Virus record (IMG/VR): IMGVR_UViG_3300034061_003277
Span: 479-64,478 of that record
Reading direction: 5' to 3' (one strand)
DNA length: 64,000 nt
Source of the DNA: a virus
Taxonomy: Duplodnaviria > Heunggongvirae > Uroviricota > Caudoviricetes
Part shown: positions 19,489 through 29,136 of the stretch, piece by piece
Numbering within the stretch: the first letter of the stretch is position 1
How the letters are laid out: each line of letters starts with the position of its first letter
Position numbers and translations under genes: made by a program
Notes under the pieces: model-generated
What the model saw: only the letters and a program-made list of their open reading frames with translations
The model's database searches: none
What the model was told of the DNA's origin: nothing

Positions 19489-19608
19489 ATGAAAAATAAA
19501 ATAAATGGTAACGCGGTTGATCTAATAGTAGGAATAGCTGCTGTATTTGGAGTAATGACAATATTATTCTCTGCTGTTGGGATGATTATTAAATTAACAT
19601 TTGGTTAA
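19489..19608 (+). CDS. 39-aa hydrophobic peptide (not in track)
   Basis: ATG 9 nt after a class-II promoter; MKNKINGNAVDLIVGIAAVFGVMTILFSAVGMIIKLTFG. Confidence 0.3.
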   Translation: MKNKINGNAVDLIVGIAAVFGVMTILFSAVGMIIKLTFG

Positions 19609-20215
19609 TATGGTTGATAATTTTGAGAAAATACGCTACAGGTTGAAATTTGAGGATGATTATTTTTATTTCATCCAGATTATACAGCGGAGTAAAGAAA
19701 ATCCTGAATTAGGTTCAAACAATAGAATTATTCGTTCTTATAATATTGATTCATTAGAAAAGTTTGATAAAAATAAGGATGAAATAACAATACTGTGTGA
19801 TACATTTAATGCTCGAGCTTATATTCATTTGAATAGAAGAAAGTGGAGTAAGGTTGCACTTGAATGCTTAAGACATAATGCCGAATTAATTGCTAATAAC
19901 CAACACAGTGGTATTAAGTCAAGTTTTGAGACTGTAATTGGACGTAACAATGGTGAATCAAGTGAAACTAAGACATGGATCATTGATATTGATATGAATG
20001 ATTTAGAGGTTGTAAATAAAATTGAACGTATCATTAATAGTGTAGAACCTATAGATAGAACTGTAACTAAATTAATGTATGTTCTTCCTACCAAGAATGG
20101 GTTTCATATGATCACTAAACCATTCAATAGAGCTGAATTTACTAAGTATATGCAGTTGCAAGGTGATACACCTGATATTCATACTGATAACCCAACAATA
20201 TTATACGCAATATGA
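19601..20215 (+). CDS. hypothetical protein (track start is TTG; first ATG at 19610)
   Basis: 204-aa ORF between the phosphoesterase and kinase genes. Confidence 0.5.
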   Translation: MVNMVDNFEKIRYRLKFEDDYFYFIQIIQRSKENPELGSNNRIIRSYNIDSLEKFDKNKDEITILCDTFNARAYIHLNRRKWSKVALECLRHNAELIANNQHSGIKSSFETVIGRNNGESSETKTWIIDIDMNDLEVVNKIERIINSVEPIDRTVTKLMYVLPTKNGFHMITKPFNRAEFTKYMQLQGDTPDIHTDNPTILYAI

Positions 20216-20610
20216 AAACATTAATATTATTAAGAGGATTACCTGGATCGGGTAAATCAACATTAGCTAAAATGTTAGTCGGGGATAAAGATTACCGACA
20301 CAAAGAGGCTGATATGTTTTTCGTCGACGGTGAGGGTAATTACAAGTTTGAACCATCAAAAATCAAAGATGCTCATGCTTGGTGTCAAGAGGAGGTTGAT
20401 TTCCTAATGAGATATGAGCATTCGCCAGTGGTAGTGTCAAACACATTCACACAAGAGTGGGAGATGGATGCTTATTTTGAATTAGCTGAGAAGTATGATT
20501 ACCAAACATCTTGCCTTATAGTAGAAAATAGACACGGTGGAGTAAATGAACATGGTGTACCCGCAGACAAATTAGAACAAATGAAAAATCGTTTTGAAAT
20601 AAAATTATAA
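20212..20610 (+). CDS. P-loop polynucleotide-kinase-like protein (AAA_33/PNK kinase-domain type)
   Basis: Walker A LLRGLPGSGKSTLAKM at N-terminus; ~130 aa. Confidence 0.6.
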   Translation: MKTLILLRGLPGSGKSTLAKMLVGDKDYRHKEADMFFVDGEGNYKFEPSKIKDAHAWCQEEVDFLMRYEHSPVVVSNTFTQEWEMDAYFELAEKYDYQTSCLIVENRHGGVNEHGVPADKLEQMKNRFEIKL

Positions 20611-20624
20611 AAATAACAAACAAA

Positions 20625-20873
20625 ATGAAAATTACAGTAATCCACAACCCAGATGAAGAAAATTGGGGACAATATGCAGGAGTTGAAACAATTTTAACTA
20701 CTAATGAAGGCACAGAATCAGTCAACTTTGCTGGAGGTGAACCTGAAGACATGAGTATTGCTAGAGATTTGAGTGATGCCTGGAGCATTAAAGAATTATT
20801 AGTTAGAGCATATAATGCAGGTAAGAATGGCGAAACATTAGAAATCGAAGAAATAACAGAAGACGACGAATAA
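20625..20873 (+). CDS. small acidic protein
   Basis: 82 aa, D/E-rich. Confidence 0.4.
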   Translation: MKITVIHNPDEENWGQYAGVETILTTNEGTESVNFAGGEPEDMSIARDLSDAWSIKELLVRAYNAGKNGETLEIEEITEDDE

Positions 20874-22037
20874 ATGGAAAACAATAATTCAGTGTGCTAT
20901 GTAGCACGTATAAACGAAATCAACCCAATCCCAGGAGCAGATAATATCGAACAAGGTGTTATCGGAGGATGGAATTGTATTATCAAGAAAGGAGAATACA
21001 AAGTAGATGACTTAGTTGTAGTAGCAACCACAGACGCAGTTATTCCTGTAGAGCTATCAGATGCAATGAACGTAACCAATTACTTACGTAAGGGTCAACG
21101 TGTGCGTACTGTTAAGTTAAGAGGTGTTTACAGTGAGTGTTTGATTATACCTTTAAGATACGCTCGTCAATCTGCTAAATACACTAAATTGGAGTGGAAT
21201 GAAGGTAAGGATGTAATGGAATTGTTAGGTATCTTCAAGTATGAACCACCAGTACGCCAAGTACAAGTGGCAGGGGGTCGTAAGATTAAATATAAAGACA
21301 ACCCTAATTTCCAGGTTTATTATAAATTCCCCAACATAAAAAATGTGAATGGAATGTTTAATGAAGAAGATTATGTACAAATTACTCGTAAGATACATGG
21401 TACAAATGCTCGTTATGGTATTGTTAAGAAACATAAGTTATCATTTTGGGATAAGTGTAAAAAATTCTTACGATTAGCTGATGAGTGGATTGAGTATGAA
21501 TATGTTTATGGTTCACATAACGTTGAGAAAGGTTCTGATACACAAGGTTTCTACTCAACTGATGTTTGGAGAGAGGTAGCTGATAAGTATCAAATCAAAG
21601 ATAAGTTGTGGGCGTTTGTTAAGAATCACACACCAACTGAAGTTGGAACTGGAGTAATAGTATATGGTGAGATATACGGACCTGGTATTCAAAAGAACTA
21701 TGACTACGGATTGAAGGAGTTAGAGTTTGCTGGTTTTGATGTTGTATGGAATGGTAAATATTTTTGTGGTGAATTAACTCATCTTACAATGATTGGTAAG
21801 CATAATGACTTTATCGACGGTGTTGATTTGCCTCACGTACCTATTTTATATGTTGGACTTTGGTCTCAAGAGATTCAAGATAAGTTCACATTCAACAACT
21901 TTATTGAAGGAACTAAAGTACCACATGAAGGTATTGTAATCAAACACACAAGTGGACAAAGAGAAAAAGTAGCTAAAGTAATTAACCCAGACTATCTCAT
22001 CTATGGAGAGAAACATGATGTAGGAGATTCACACTAA
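20874..22037 (+). CDS. ATP-dependent RNA ligase (KxHGxN nucleotidyltransferase in C-terminal half, DraRnl/Rnl5-like arrangement)
   Basis: Motif I RKIHGTNARYG at ~residue 175; motif IV HEGIVIKH; motif V KVAKVINPDY; ~170-aa N-terminal extra domain. Confidence 0.6.
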   Translation: MENNNSVCYVARINEINPIPGADNIEQGVIGGWNCIIKKGEYKVDDLVVVATTDAVIPVELSDAMNVTNYLRKGQRVRTVKLRGVYSECLIIPLRYARQSAKYTKLEWNEGKDVMELLGIFKYEPPVRQVQVAGGRKIKYKDNPNFQVYYKFPNIKNVNGMFNEEDYVQITRKIHGTNARYGIVKKHKLSFWDKCKKFLRLADEWIEYEYVYGSHNVEKGSDTQGFYSTDVWREVADKYQIKDKLWAFVKNHTPTEVGTGVIVYGEIYGPGIQKNYDYGLKELEFAGFDVVWNGKYFCGELTHLTMIGKHNDFIDGVDLPHVPILYVGLWSQEIQDKFTFNNFIEGTKVPHEGIVIKHTSGQREKVAKVINPDYLIYGEKHDVGDSH

Positions 22038-22047
22038 GACTTTTTAT

Positions 22048-22083
22048 CCTAGGCTTTTAAATAAGATTTATTATCTTTATAGT
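22048..22083 (+). promoter_or_regulatory. class-II phage promoter: cCTAG-N19-TAtcTTTatagtat
   Basis: cctaggcttttaaataagatttattatctttatagtatg, immediately before ATG 22084. Confidence 0.6.
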
Positions 22084-22734
22084 ATGAAAATAGAATTAAA
22101 ACCCCACCAAGGATTATGGTTTACAAGTGATACTCACTACAACCATGCTAACATATGTCGAGCGACTACAAGATGGACTGATGCAGATGCTGTGACTCGT
22201 GACTTTAGTTCATTAGAGAAAATGAATGAGACATTAGTATCTAACATTAACAAATATGTTCAACAAGATGATATCCTGATTCATTTAGGTGATTGGTCAT
22301 TTGGTGGTTTTGAGAGTATTAAAGAGTTTAGAGATAGGATTGTATGCCAAAACATACATTTAGTACTCGGAAACCATGATCATCATATTTCAAACAACAG
22401 AGACGATATCCAATCTATATTCAGTTCAGTAAATCAATACTTAGATTTAGATGTTAGATGGTGGGTTGCTGGTAAGATAAAAGAACACGCTCGTTTCATC
22501 TGTATGCATTATCCTATAGCGAGTTGGAATGGAATGAATGATGGGGCAGTTCACTTACATGGACACGTTCATTTACCTAAACATTTAAGAATGGCAGCTG
22601 GCAAGGCAATGGATGTAGGAGTAGATGGAAATGATTTGGAGCCAATTGAAATGGATGATATATTAATTAAAATGGTATCTAGACCAATCGATAAATTAAC
22701 ATTACCAAAAGATCATCACGTTAAAAGAATATAA
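22084..22734 (+). CDS. calcineurin-like metallophosphoesterase (second copy)
   Basis: SDTHYNH, LGDWSFGG, GNHDHH, HLHGHVH. Confidence 0.75.
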   Translation: MKIELKPHQGLWFTSDTHYNHANICRATTRWTDADAVTRDFSSLEKMNETLVSNINKYVQQDDILIHLGDWSFGGFESIKEFRDRIVCQNIHLVLGNHDHHISNNRDDIQSIFSSVNQYLDLDVRWWVAGKIKEHARFICMHYPIASWNGMNDGAVHLHGHVHLPKHLRMAAGKAMDVGVDGNDLEPIEMDDILIKMVSRPIDKLTLPKDHHVKRI

Positions 22735-22911
22735 TATGGAAAATTTACAAATTAAAATTGTAATCACCGATGGTGAAAAAGAGGCTAAGACATCAATCAA
22801 TATTGAGGATTATCAAATGATGAAAGAACTACACGGTGTTAGTTTAATAGACGAGCAAGTTGATGTTTTACTTAATGAAATCAAAAAATCATCACATTAA
22901 AAACAAATAAT

Positions 22912-23304
22912 ATGGAAGATAGAATACAAATAAATGGAACATGGTATGTTCGTGAACAACCAGATGCTGAACTAGAAGCGATATTACACCCATTCAGAAA
23001 AGAAGTAAAACCATTAAAGAGAGAAGATGTAACTTTTTTTAAAGGATTTGTGTATGAAACAGATAAATTCTGTTATGAAGCAATTATCCCAGAATATCAT
23101 GTTCATATTGATATTAAATTCACTGACAAACGTATTAAACCATGGGTAGAAGACCACTGGGATAGTATGGCTTGGTTTAAGGGAGTGTCAGAAAACAACC
23201 CAGACTCAATTAACTCATTAATAAATGAAAATGAAATGGAGGCTGAGGATATATTAAAGTTTAGATCATTTTTAGCATTTTTAAAACAACAAGGATGGCT
23301 GTAA
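22912..23304 (+). CDS. hypothetical protein
   Basis: 130-aa ORF. Confidence 0.45.
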   Translation: MEDRIQINGTWYVREQPDAELEAILHPFRKEVKPLKREDVTFFKGFVYETDKFCYEAIIPEYHVHIDIKFTDKRIKPWVEDHWDSMAWFKGVSENNPDSINSLINENEMEAEDILKFRSFLAFLKQQGWL

Positions 23305-23645
23305 GAACATATATAAGAGTAACATATGTAGCAGTATCAGAATGGGGTAAGCCAATAATGACTGCTTATACACAAGAGGACCTTAAAGCAGGTTTAGATG
23401 AGTATTATGGAATAGGAACAGACCCAAAAGCGAAATACCTTGATTGGACTCCATATGATAGCAAGTATCCGGATGAGTTTGAAGGAACATATCGATATGA
23501 GGTAGATGACATGAATGGAGGTTTGGAGCCAGAGGATGTTAGGGTATATTGTATAGAATTTTATCCAACAACAAGATATGAAGTGGATACTCAAAAAGAA
23601 GCACTCATTGAATTAACAAATATAAACTTAGAAGATGAAAACTAA
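23295..23645 (+). CDS. hypothetical protein
   Basis: 116-aa ORF. Confidence 0.45.
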   Translation: MAVRTYIRVTYVAVSEWGKPIMTAYTQEDLKAGLDEYYGIGTDPKAKYLDWTPYDSKYPDEFEGTYRYEVDDMNGGLEPEDVRVYCIEFYPTTRYEVDTQKEALIELTNINLEDEN

Positions 23646-23892
23646 AACAGTAGAACGCCTAATGAATGAGACACCAGAGCATATCAAACAACAAGTTAGT
23701 GAATATGCTGATAATGTAGTTCAAAACAACGCATCATTTGTATTTAAGCCATCTCCTAAATATGTGGGTTGTTATTGTTTAGGAGGTAAGACAGGAATGT
23801 GTGTTTACTTTGAATACAAACCTAACTGGTTTCATAGAACAATGATGAAGGCGTGTTTAGGGTGGGAATGGAAAGATGATAATAGAATATAA
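23635..23892 (+). CDS. hypothetical protein
   Basis: 85-aa ORF. Confidence 0.4.
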   Translation: MKTKTVERLMNETPEHIKQQVSEYADNVVQNNASFVFKPSPKYVGCYCLGGKTGMCVYFEYKPNWFHRTMMKACLGWEWKDDNRI

Positions 23893-23895
23893 GTT

Positions 23896-24177
23896 ATGAA
23901 TAACGAAATTGAAATAAAACCAGTATCCGAAATGGAAGCTGACACAAGACGACTTTGTGAAATACGATTTGATTGTATGGTAACAATGCATGATGTTGCG
24001 TTTAAAAAGTATAAGGGAGTATTAGGACACCAGCAACAATCTAAAACACCTCAATGGTTTAAGTCCAACACTGCACTCACATTAGAGTTTATTAAAGACG
24101 CTGAACCTCAACTTATAGGGGAACACATCAAACAAATGTTTCACCAATTAGAACAAACAATAGAAAGTTATGAGTAA
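23896..24177 (+). CDS. hypothetical protein, paralog of 34917-35201
   Basis: 'CEIRFDCMVTMHDVAFKKYKGVLGHQQQSKTPQWFK' vs 'CEIKFNCLVTMHDVAYKKYKGVWGQEKQSKIPQWFK'. Confidence 0.55.
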   Translation: MNNEIEIKPVSEMEADTRRLCEIRFDCMVTMHDVAFKKYKGVLGHQQQSKTPQWFKSNTALTLEFIKDAEPQLIGEHIKQMFHQLEQTIESYE

Positions 24178-24328
24178 CACAAAGGCACACTTAATAACAA
24201 CAGCAATCCTATTAGGACTATTAGGGTTCGCAGTATCAATGTTCCTATGGCCAGCAGTAGGGATACTATTACTAATGGTAACAATGATCTACGTTGTAGT
24301 ATACGATAACATAAAGAAAGGACGATAA
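24170..24328 (+). CDS. 52-aa membrane peptide (not in track; preferred over minus ORF 24168-24530)
   Basis: ATG overlaps upstream stop (TATGAGTAA); MSNTKAHLITTAILLGLLGFAVSMFLWPAVGILLLMVTMIYVVVY. Confidence 0.35.
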   Translation: MSNTKAHLITTAILLGLLGFAVSMFLWPAVGILLLMVTMIYVVVYDNIKKGR

Positions 24329-24336
24329 ATAAAACA

Positions 24337-24600
24337 ATGGCAAAGTACAGAAAGAAACCAATAGTGATAGAAGCAGTACAGTTCACAAGAGCGAACTGGG
24401 AAGCAGTACAATCATTCACACAAGGCAAGGCACACACTCTTACAATCGAGAAGAGAATAGATGGCAAATGTACTTGTATCATTCCAACCTTAGAAGGGCA
24501 ACATATAGCTACAGAAGGGGATTGGATCATTAAAGGTGTAGCTGGAGAGTTTTATCCTTGCAAACCAGATATATTTAAACAAACATATGAATCATACTAA
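24337..24600 (+). CDS. hypothetical protein
   Basis: 87-aa ORF. Confidence 0.45.
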   Translation: MAKYRKKPIVIEAVQFTRANWEAVQSFTQGKAHTLTIEKRIDGKCTCIIPTLEGQHIATEGDWIIKGVAGEFYPCKPDIFKQTYESY

Positions 24601-24829
24601 ACAAACCGCACTACAATGGTATATTAAACAATGTGAAAACATTAAATATAACCCATTAGAAAAAAATGGATACACCATTGCTAAAGAAAAAATTATTAAG
24701 CAAGCACTTGAAATGGAGAAGGAGCAGATATTGGATGCCGTAAAATATGGCTGCTCAGATTGGGGAAGTGCTAAAGATGCTGAACAATACTACAACGAAA
24801 CTTACGGAGGTCAAGATGAAACACTTTAA
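24587..24829 (+). CDS. YYNETYGG-family small protein (paralog 1)
   Basis: KQTALQWY...EMEKEQI...EQYYNETYGG. Confidence 0.5.
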   Translation: MNHTKQTALQWYIKQCENIKYNPLEKNGYTIAKEKIIKQALEMEKEQILDAVKYGCSDWGSAKDAEQYYNETYGGQDETL

Positions 24830-25094
24830 AATTATGGGTAGGATAGTCCTACTGTTTAGTATAATAATGTTCATGTCTTTTATCCCTGATTCTTTTCCCG
24901 AGTTCTTTGGAGACTGGTACTGTAATGGAGGTAACTATTATAAACAAGAAGGATGCTTATATGGCCCAGCTGCTATTCACGGCCCTACATTGCATTGGGG
25001 ATTCCGTCATTACATATGGGTGTTTATGGGTATTACTCTGTTTATCTATAATGCTGTAATTATGGTAATTAAATTAGATAAAGAATCAAGATGA
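24816..25094 (+). CDS. membrane protein (ATG at 24816; track ORF starts upstream)
   Basis: MKHFKIMGRIVLLFSIIMFMSF...; two TM helices. Confidence 0.4.
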   Translation: MKHFKIMGRIVLLFSIIMFMSFIPDSFPEFFGDWYCNGGNYYKQEGCLYGPAAIHGPTLHWGFRHYIWVFMGITLFIYNAVIMVIKLDKESR

Positions 25095-25345
25095 ATAAGC
25101 AAACTGCGGTTGAATTTTTAATAAAAGAATTTAATGATATTCTTGGTCCGTTAGACACTAAACCAATGCAAGATTTATTAATGATGGATGCAATGAAAAG
25201 AGCCAAGCATATGGAGAAGTGGCAGATTAAAGGGGCTTACCAAAAAGGCAGATTTAGTGGCCAAACTAATTGGGGTTACGGTAATGATGTAACAGCAGAA
25301 CAATACTACAACGAAACTTACGGAGGTAACAATAACATACAATGA
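25091..25345 (+). CDS. YYNETYGG-family small protein (paralog 2)
   Basis: MNKQTAVEFL...HMEKWQI...EQYYNETYGG. Confidence 0.5.
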   Translation: MNKQTAVEFLIKEFNDILGPLDTKPMQDLLMMDAMKRAKHMEKWQIKGAYQKGRFSGQTNWGYGNDVTAEQYYNETYGGNNNIQ

Positions 25346-25362
25346 TAAAACAATAGAAAGTT

Positions 25363-25644
25363 ATGAGAATAAACATTAGAATGACCGAGTCATATACAAC
25401 GTATGTTATTAGAGACTCATTTGTAATTGATACTGACGACTACCCTGAACTACAAGGTATGAGTGAAATAGATATGATGAAATATGTTCATGAAAACAGT
25501 GAGAACATAGAGCATAAAGAATGGGAACAATCGTTGTGGGACGCTGCAAGTGAGATGGATGTGTTAAGAGATAAGATAACAGACGATACACGTGAGTTTC
25601 ATGTTGAAGCATTAGTAGATGGACATCCAATAAAAATAAAATGA
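25363..25644 (+). CDS. hypothetical acidic protein
   Basis: 93-aa ORF. Confidence 0.4.
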   Translation: MRINIRMTESYTTYVIRDSFVIDTDDYPELQGMSEIDMMKYVHENSENIEHKEWEQSLWDAASEMDVLRDKITDDTREFHVEALVDGHPIKIK

Positions 25645-25922
25645 AGACACAAACCGCAGTTGAATGGTTGGAAGAGCAAATAAAAGATATTTTTTATGTT
25701 GCTGAAGCATCTGAAATGACTAAAAAGTTCAAAAGTGTTTATGAACAAGCCAAGCAAATGGAGAAGGAGCAGATTGATAACTTTATTGATTTTATAAATG
25801 AAAGACATTTTAATCGATTTACATTATCAAAAGATGAAGCAGAAATATATTACAACGAAACTTACGGAGGTAATATAACACCACGCATGAGTGAAGATTA
25901 TACATTTGAAGATGGAGTTTAA
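25641..25922 (+). CDS. YYNETYGG-family small protein (paralog 3)
   Basis: MKTQTAVEWLEEQ...AKQMEKEQI...EIYYNETYGG. Confidence 0.5.
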   Translation: MKTQTAVEWLEEQIKDIFYVAEASEMTKKFKSVYEQAKQMEKEQIDNFIDFINERHFNRFTLSKDEAEIYYNETYGGNITPRMSEDYTFEDGV

Positions 25923-25936
25923 CCTTAATCTTTTAA

Positions 25937-25972
25937 CCTAGATTTTTAAATAAAATATATTATCTTTATAGT
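25937..25972 (+). promoter_or_regulatory. class-II phage promoter
   Basis: cctagatttttaaataaaatatattatctttatagt then ATG 25973. Confidence 0.6.
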
Positions 25973-27073
25973 ATGAAATTAAATACATTATACAAAAGAG
26001 CAGTAAACGGTAAAATAAATGAATGGACCGTTGAAACATTAGATAATTGTTTTAGAACAATATCAGGTTATACAGATGGAGTTAAAACCACTTCTGAATG
26101 GACATGCTGTGCTGGTAAGAACATTGGTAAGAAAAATGAGACAACACCTGAACAACAAGCATTAGCTGAAGCTAAAGCGATGTGGACTAAAAAATTAGAG
26201 TTAGGTAGTTATGAATCAATAGATGATATTGATACACCTAAGTTTTTTAATCCAATGTTAGCTCATAAGTTTGAAGACCATAAAGATAAAATTGAATACC
26301 CAGTTTATAGTCAACCTAAATTAGATGGTATTAGATGTATTGTTAGAGCAGATGGTATGTGGAGTAGAAATGGTAAGAAAATTATCTCAGCACCTCACAT
26401 TTATGAAGCTATGAAACCATTGTTTGAATCTAATCCTGATTTAATATTTGATGGTGAGTTATATGCTGATAAATTTGCGAATGACTTTAATGCTATTTGT
26501 TCATTAGTTAAGAAAACTAAACCAACAAATGATGATTTAAAGAAAAGTAAAGAATCAATTCAATACCACATTTATGATTTGCCTAGTTGTAATGGTACAT
26601 TCATTAAACGATTATCTGAATTAACTAATTTAGAGTCTAATTTACCTTCATGTTGTGAGGTAGTAGCTACAAATTTTGTTAAAAACGAAAGTGAAATTGA
26701 TGAATGGTATAGTGATTATGTTAATCAAGGTTATGAAGGACAAATGATTCGTTTAGATAAAGAATATGAATCAAAACGTTCTAAATCATTACTTAAACAT
26801 AAGTCGTTTATTGATGAAGAATATACTATCTTAGATGTAGTTGAAGGTGAAGGTAATAAAACAGGAATGGTAGGTTCATTTGTATTTAAGAGTAAGACAG
26901 GACATATATTTAATTCGTCACCTAAATTTAACTGGGAGGAATGTAAGGCGATGTGGAACAATAAAAATGAATTAATTGGCAAATCAGCTACAGTTAAGTA
27001 CTTTAACTTAACACCAGATGGTGTTCCAAGATTTCCATATGTAATTAAAATTGATAGAGAGAGTTACGAATGA
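25973..27073 (+). CDS. ATP-dependent DNA ligase
   Basis: Motif I KLDGIR, motif III IFDGELY, motif IV EGQMIR, motif V LLKHK; C-terminal OB-like region. Confidence 0.75.
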   Translation: MKLNTLYKRAVNGKINEWTVETLDNCFRTISGYTDGVKTTSEWTCCAGKNIGKKNETTPEQQALAEAKAMWTKKLELGSYESIDDIDTPKFFNPMLAHKFEDHKDKIEYPVYSQPKLDGIRCIVRADGMWSRNGKKIISAPHIYEAMKPLFESNPDLIFDGELYADKFANDFNAICSLVKKTKPTNDDLKKSKESIQYHIYDLPSCNGTFIKRLSELTNLESNLPSCCEVVATNFVKNESEIDEWYSDYVNQGYEGQMIRLDKEYESKRSKSLLKHKSFIDEEYTILDVVEGEGNKTGMVGSFVFKSKTGHIFNSSPKFNWEECKAMWNNKNELIGKSATVKYFNLTPDGVPRFPYVIKIDRESYE

Positions 27074-27297
27074 AGAAATGCTTTGATTGTAAACGAACAT
27101 ACCCACTATTTATGTTCACCAGAAACCCTAGACCATATCAGCGACCTGAGCATCAGGGTAAGAATTTAGTGTGTAGACATTGTACTTACAAACGTTGGAG
27201 TAAAGATATGTTTGCTTGGGTTGTTAATTCAAATAATAAATTTGAACGAATTGAATTTAAATCAAAATTAGAAATTATTAAAAAACTATTTATATGA
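27070..27297 (+). CDS. zinc-ribbon protein
   Basis: CFDC...CRHC pairs. Confidence 0.4.
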   Translation: MKKCFDCKRTYPLFMFTRNPRPYQRPEHQGKNLVCRHCTYKRWSKDMFAWVVNSNNKFERIEFKSKLEIIKKLFI

Positions 27298-27500
27298 TAC
27301 CAGCAGCAATTATTTCATTTACATTAGCACTTATAATAGCAGTGTTAATGGTTCGAGGAATAAATTATATGGAAAAAAATCACCCTGATTATGATGGGAA
27401 GGATTTGTTTGATGAAGAGTAAATTAACACCTTTATTAAAGTAAACTTGGATTCTCAAGCATATTATATTATCTTTATAGTATAAATTAAAATAAAAGTT

Positions 27501-27761
27501 ATGGCATTATCATCACGTTCGATTAGAAAAGGTATCACCATTAAATTTGATGGTCATATTGTAGACAAACAAGTTGTTTTAGAAGCAAGTAAAACATGGG
27601 AAGCAAGACATGAAGCACTATTTACAAAGTTGTTAAAACAAGGTGGTAAATTTACTACTAATGGAGTTGTAGTGGAAGTAATACCACAAGAACAAATGCT
27701 AACATCACGTGGTGAGAAAGATGGTGGCATCACAGTATCAGATCCATTAGCGCGATTTTAA
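27501..27761 (+). CDS. hypothetical protein
   Basis: 86 aa; class-II promoter upstream. Confidence 0.45.
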   Translation: MALSSRSIRKGITIKFDGHIVDKQVVLEASKTWEARHEALFTKLLKQGGKFTTNGVVVEVIPQEQMLTSRGEKDGGITVSDPLARF

Positions 27762-27832
27762 AATCTAAACTCTTAGCCCTAGATTCTTAAATAAATTTTA
27801 TTATCTTTATAGTATAAATTAAAATAAAAGTT

Positions 27833-28042
27833 ATGAAAAACAAAGTTTGGCACAAAGTAGTTATTGGGACAGAAGAACAAAATGTTGAAATCTTCCCGAC
27901 AGAAGGGTTTGATGGTATTATCATACAAACAAAAGAATTGGATGATAAGACATATAGCCCAAGATTGTATCTTACTGAAGACGAAATGGAACTATTGATT
28001 TCCAAAATGAGAGAGATGATGGATTACGTAACTAAAAACTAA
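27833..28042 (+). CDS. hypothetical protein
   Basis: 69 aa; class-II promoter upstream. Confidence 0.45.
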   Translation: MKNKVWHKVVIGTEEQNVEIFPTEGFDGIIIQTKELDDKTYSPRLYLTEDEMELLISKMREMMDYVTKN

Positions 28043-28048
28043 GTAATT

Positions 28049-28321
28049 GTGGAAGATCAAAAAAATATCCATTATTTCAATTACGATAACCCAAATGCTA
28101 AATTTGGTATTGAACCAAATGAAATTTTAAATCTAAACAAAACAACAATGGAAGGTAAATATGTAATCATAGATCTAAGGACTATGGATTTCATGAAGGA
28201 TGGAAATGGTATTATAAAGTACTATGATACTGAAGAAGAAGCAGGTATTGTATGTGGTGTATATGAGCACGAAAACGCTTGGATATTAAAATTAATATAT
28301 AATCATATAGAAGCACAATGA
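28049..28321 (+). CDS. hypothetical protein
   Basis: 90 aa. Confidence 0.4.
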   Translation: MEDQKNIHYFNYDNPNAKFGIEPNEILNLNKTTMEGKYVIIDLRTMDFMKDGNGIIKYYDTEEEAGIVCGVYEHENAWILKLIYNHIEAQ

Positions 28322-28473
28322 TGGATCAAATAGCATATGGTATATTGTTTGCCTTACAAGGACTAGCAATAGCGTTTATAGTATATATTGGAGTGTGGAT
28401 GCCTAAAGATAAAATGAAGGGTCACGCCGGTAGAGACAAATGTAAATGTTGTAAAGATTAAAAAATAAAGGTT

Positions 28474-28680
28474 ATGAAAAAAGCATTAAAAATAATTTTA
28501 GCATTTATTGTAATAAATGTAATCATGGGTATTGGTGTTTGGGGAGTAATTACTAACGAAAGTGATACAGAACCAGGATGGCAAGTATGGGGATGGTTTT
28601 TAGCAGTACTTACAATTGCATGGCCAGCTATTAGTTTTTGGTGGGATAGAATGCTTTGGTTATTAGATTTAGAAGATTAA
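28474..28680 (+). CDS. small membrane protein
   Basis: 68 aa, two TM helices, W-rich. Confidence 0.45.
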   Translation: MKKALKIILAFIVINVIMGIGVWGVITNESDTEPGWQVWGWFLAVLTIAWPAISFWWDRMLWLLDLED

Positions 28681-28804
28681 AATAATTAGCCCCGCTCGCG
28701 AGGGGATCGTAAAACACAGTAAGCCTCTGACACAAGCTCAAGTAACTGTTCTCATCGTATAGGAGATAGAGTTAGCCTACTCGACGTCGTTTAAAAAGGC
28801 AGCA

Positions 28805-28871
28805 AGTCAGGTAACTTAATTGGCAAAGCTCCTAACAAGGAAGATTGCGGGTTCGAATCCCGCCCTGACTA
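28805..28871 (+). ncRNA. tRNA-like element A (canonical acceptor, D-loop and T-arm; no canonical anticodon arm)
   Basis: 5' AGTCAGG pairs perfectly with 3' CCTGACT; T-arm GCGGG-TTCGAAT-CCCGC; D-loop aattggc; only 67 nt, anticodon region tcc-taacaag-gga is non-canonical. Confidence 0.4.
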
Positions 28872-29136
28872 CGATGAGTGAGAGATCCTCAGGCAGATTG
28901 GCTACATTCTGTAAAAAAAGTAGTGGTAGTAAAAAGCCCCCGACCTTAATGGGGAATCGATTCGGGTTAAAGTGAAGCATATCCGCAGCTCCGACGTATA
29001 GGATTGACAGGTTTTTATGTGGTAAGACACTAATGAAAAAGACCGACTGAGCGAAAGGCAGAAGGGGATATGGTTCTCGAAATAGTTAGAGAAACCCGTT
29101 AAAATCTACTCACTGAGATCTCAGGTGGGGCAATAT

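Noticed and set aside
28688-28704. GC-rich hairpin gccccgctcgcgagggg after 28474-28680 as a terminator
   Set aside because: The stem is imperfect and not followed by a T-run. It may instead belong to the structured RNA block that follows.
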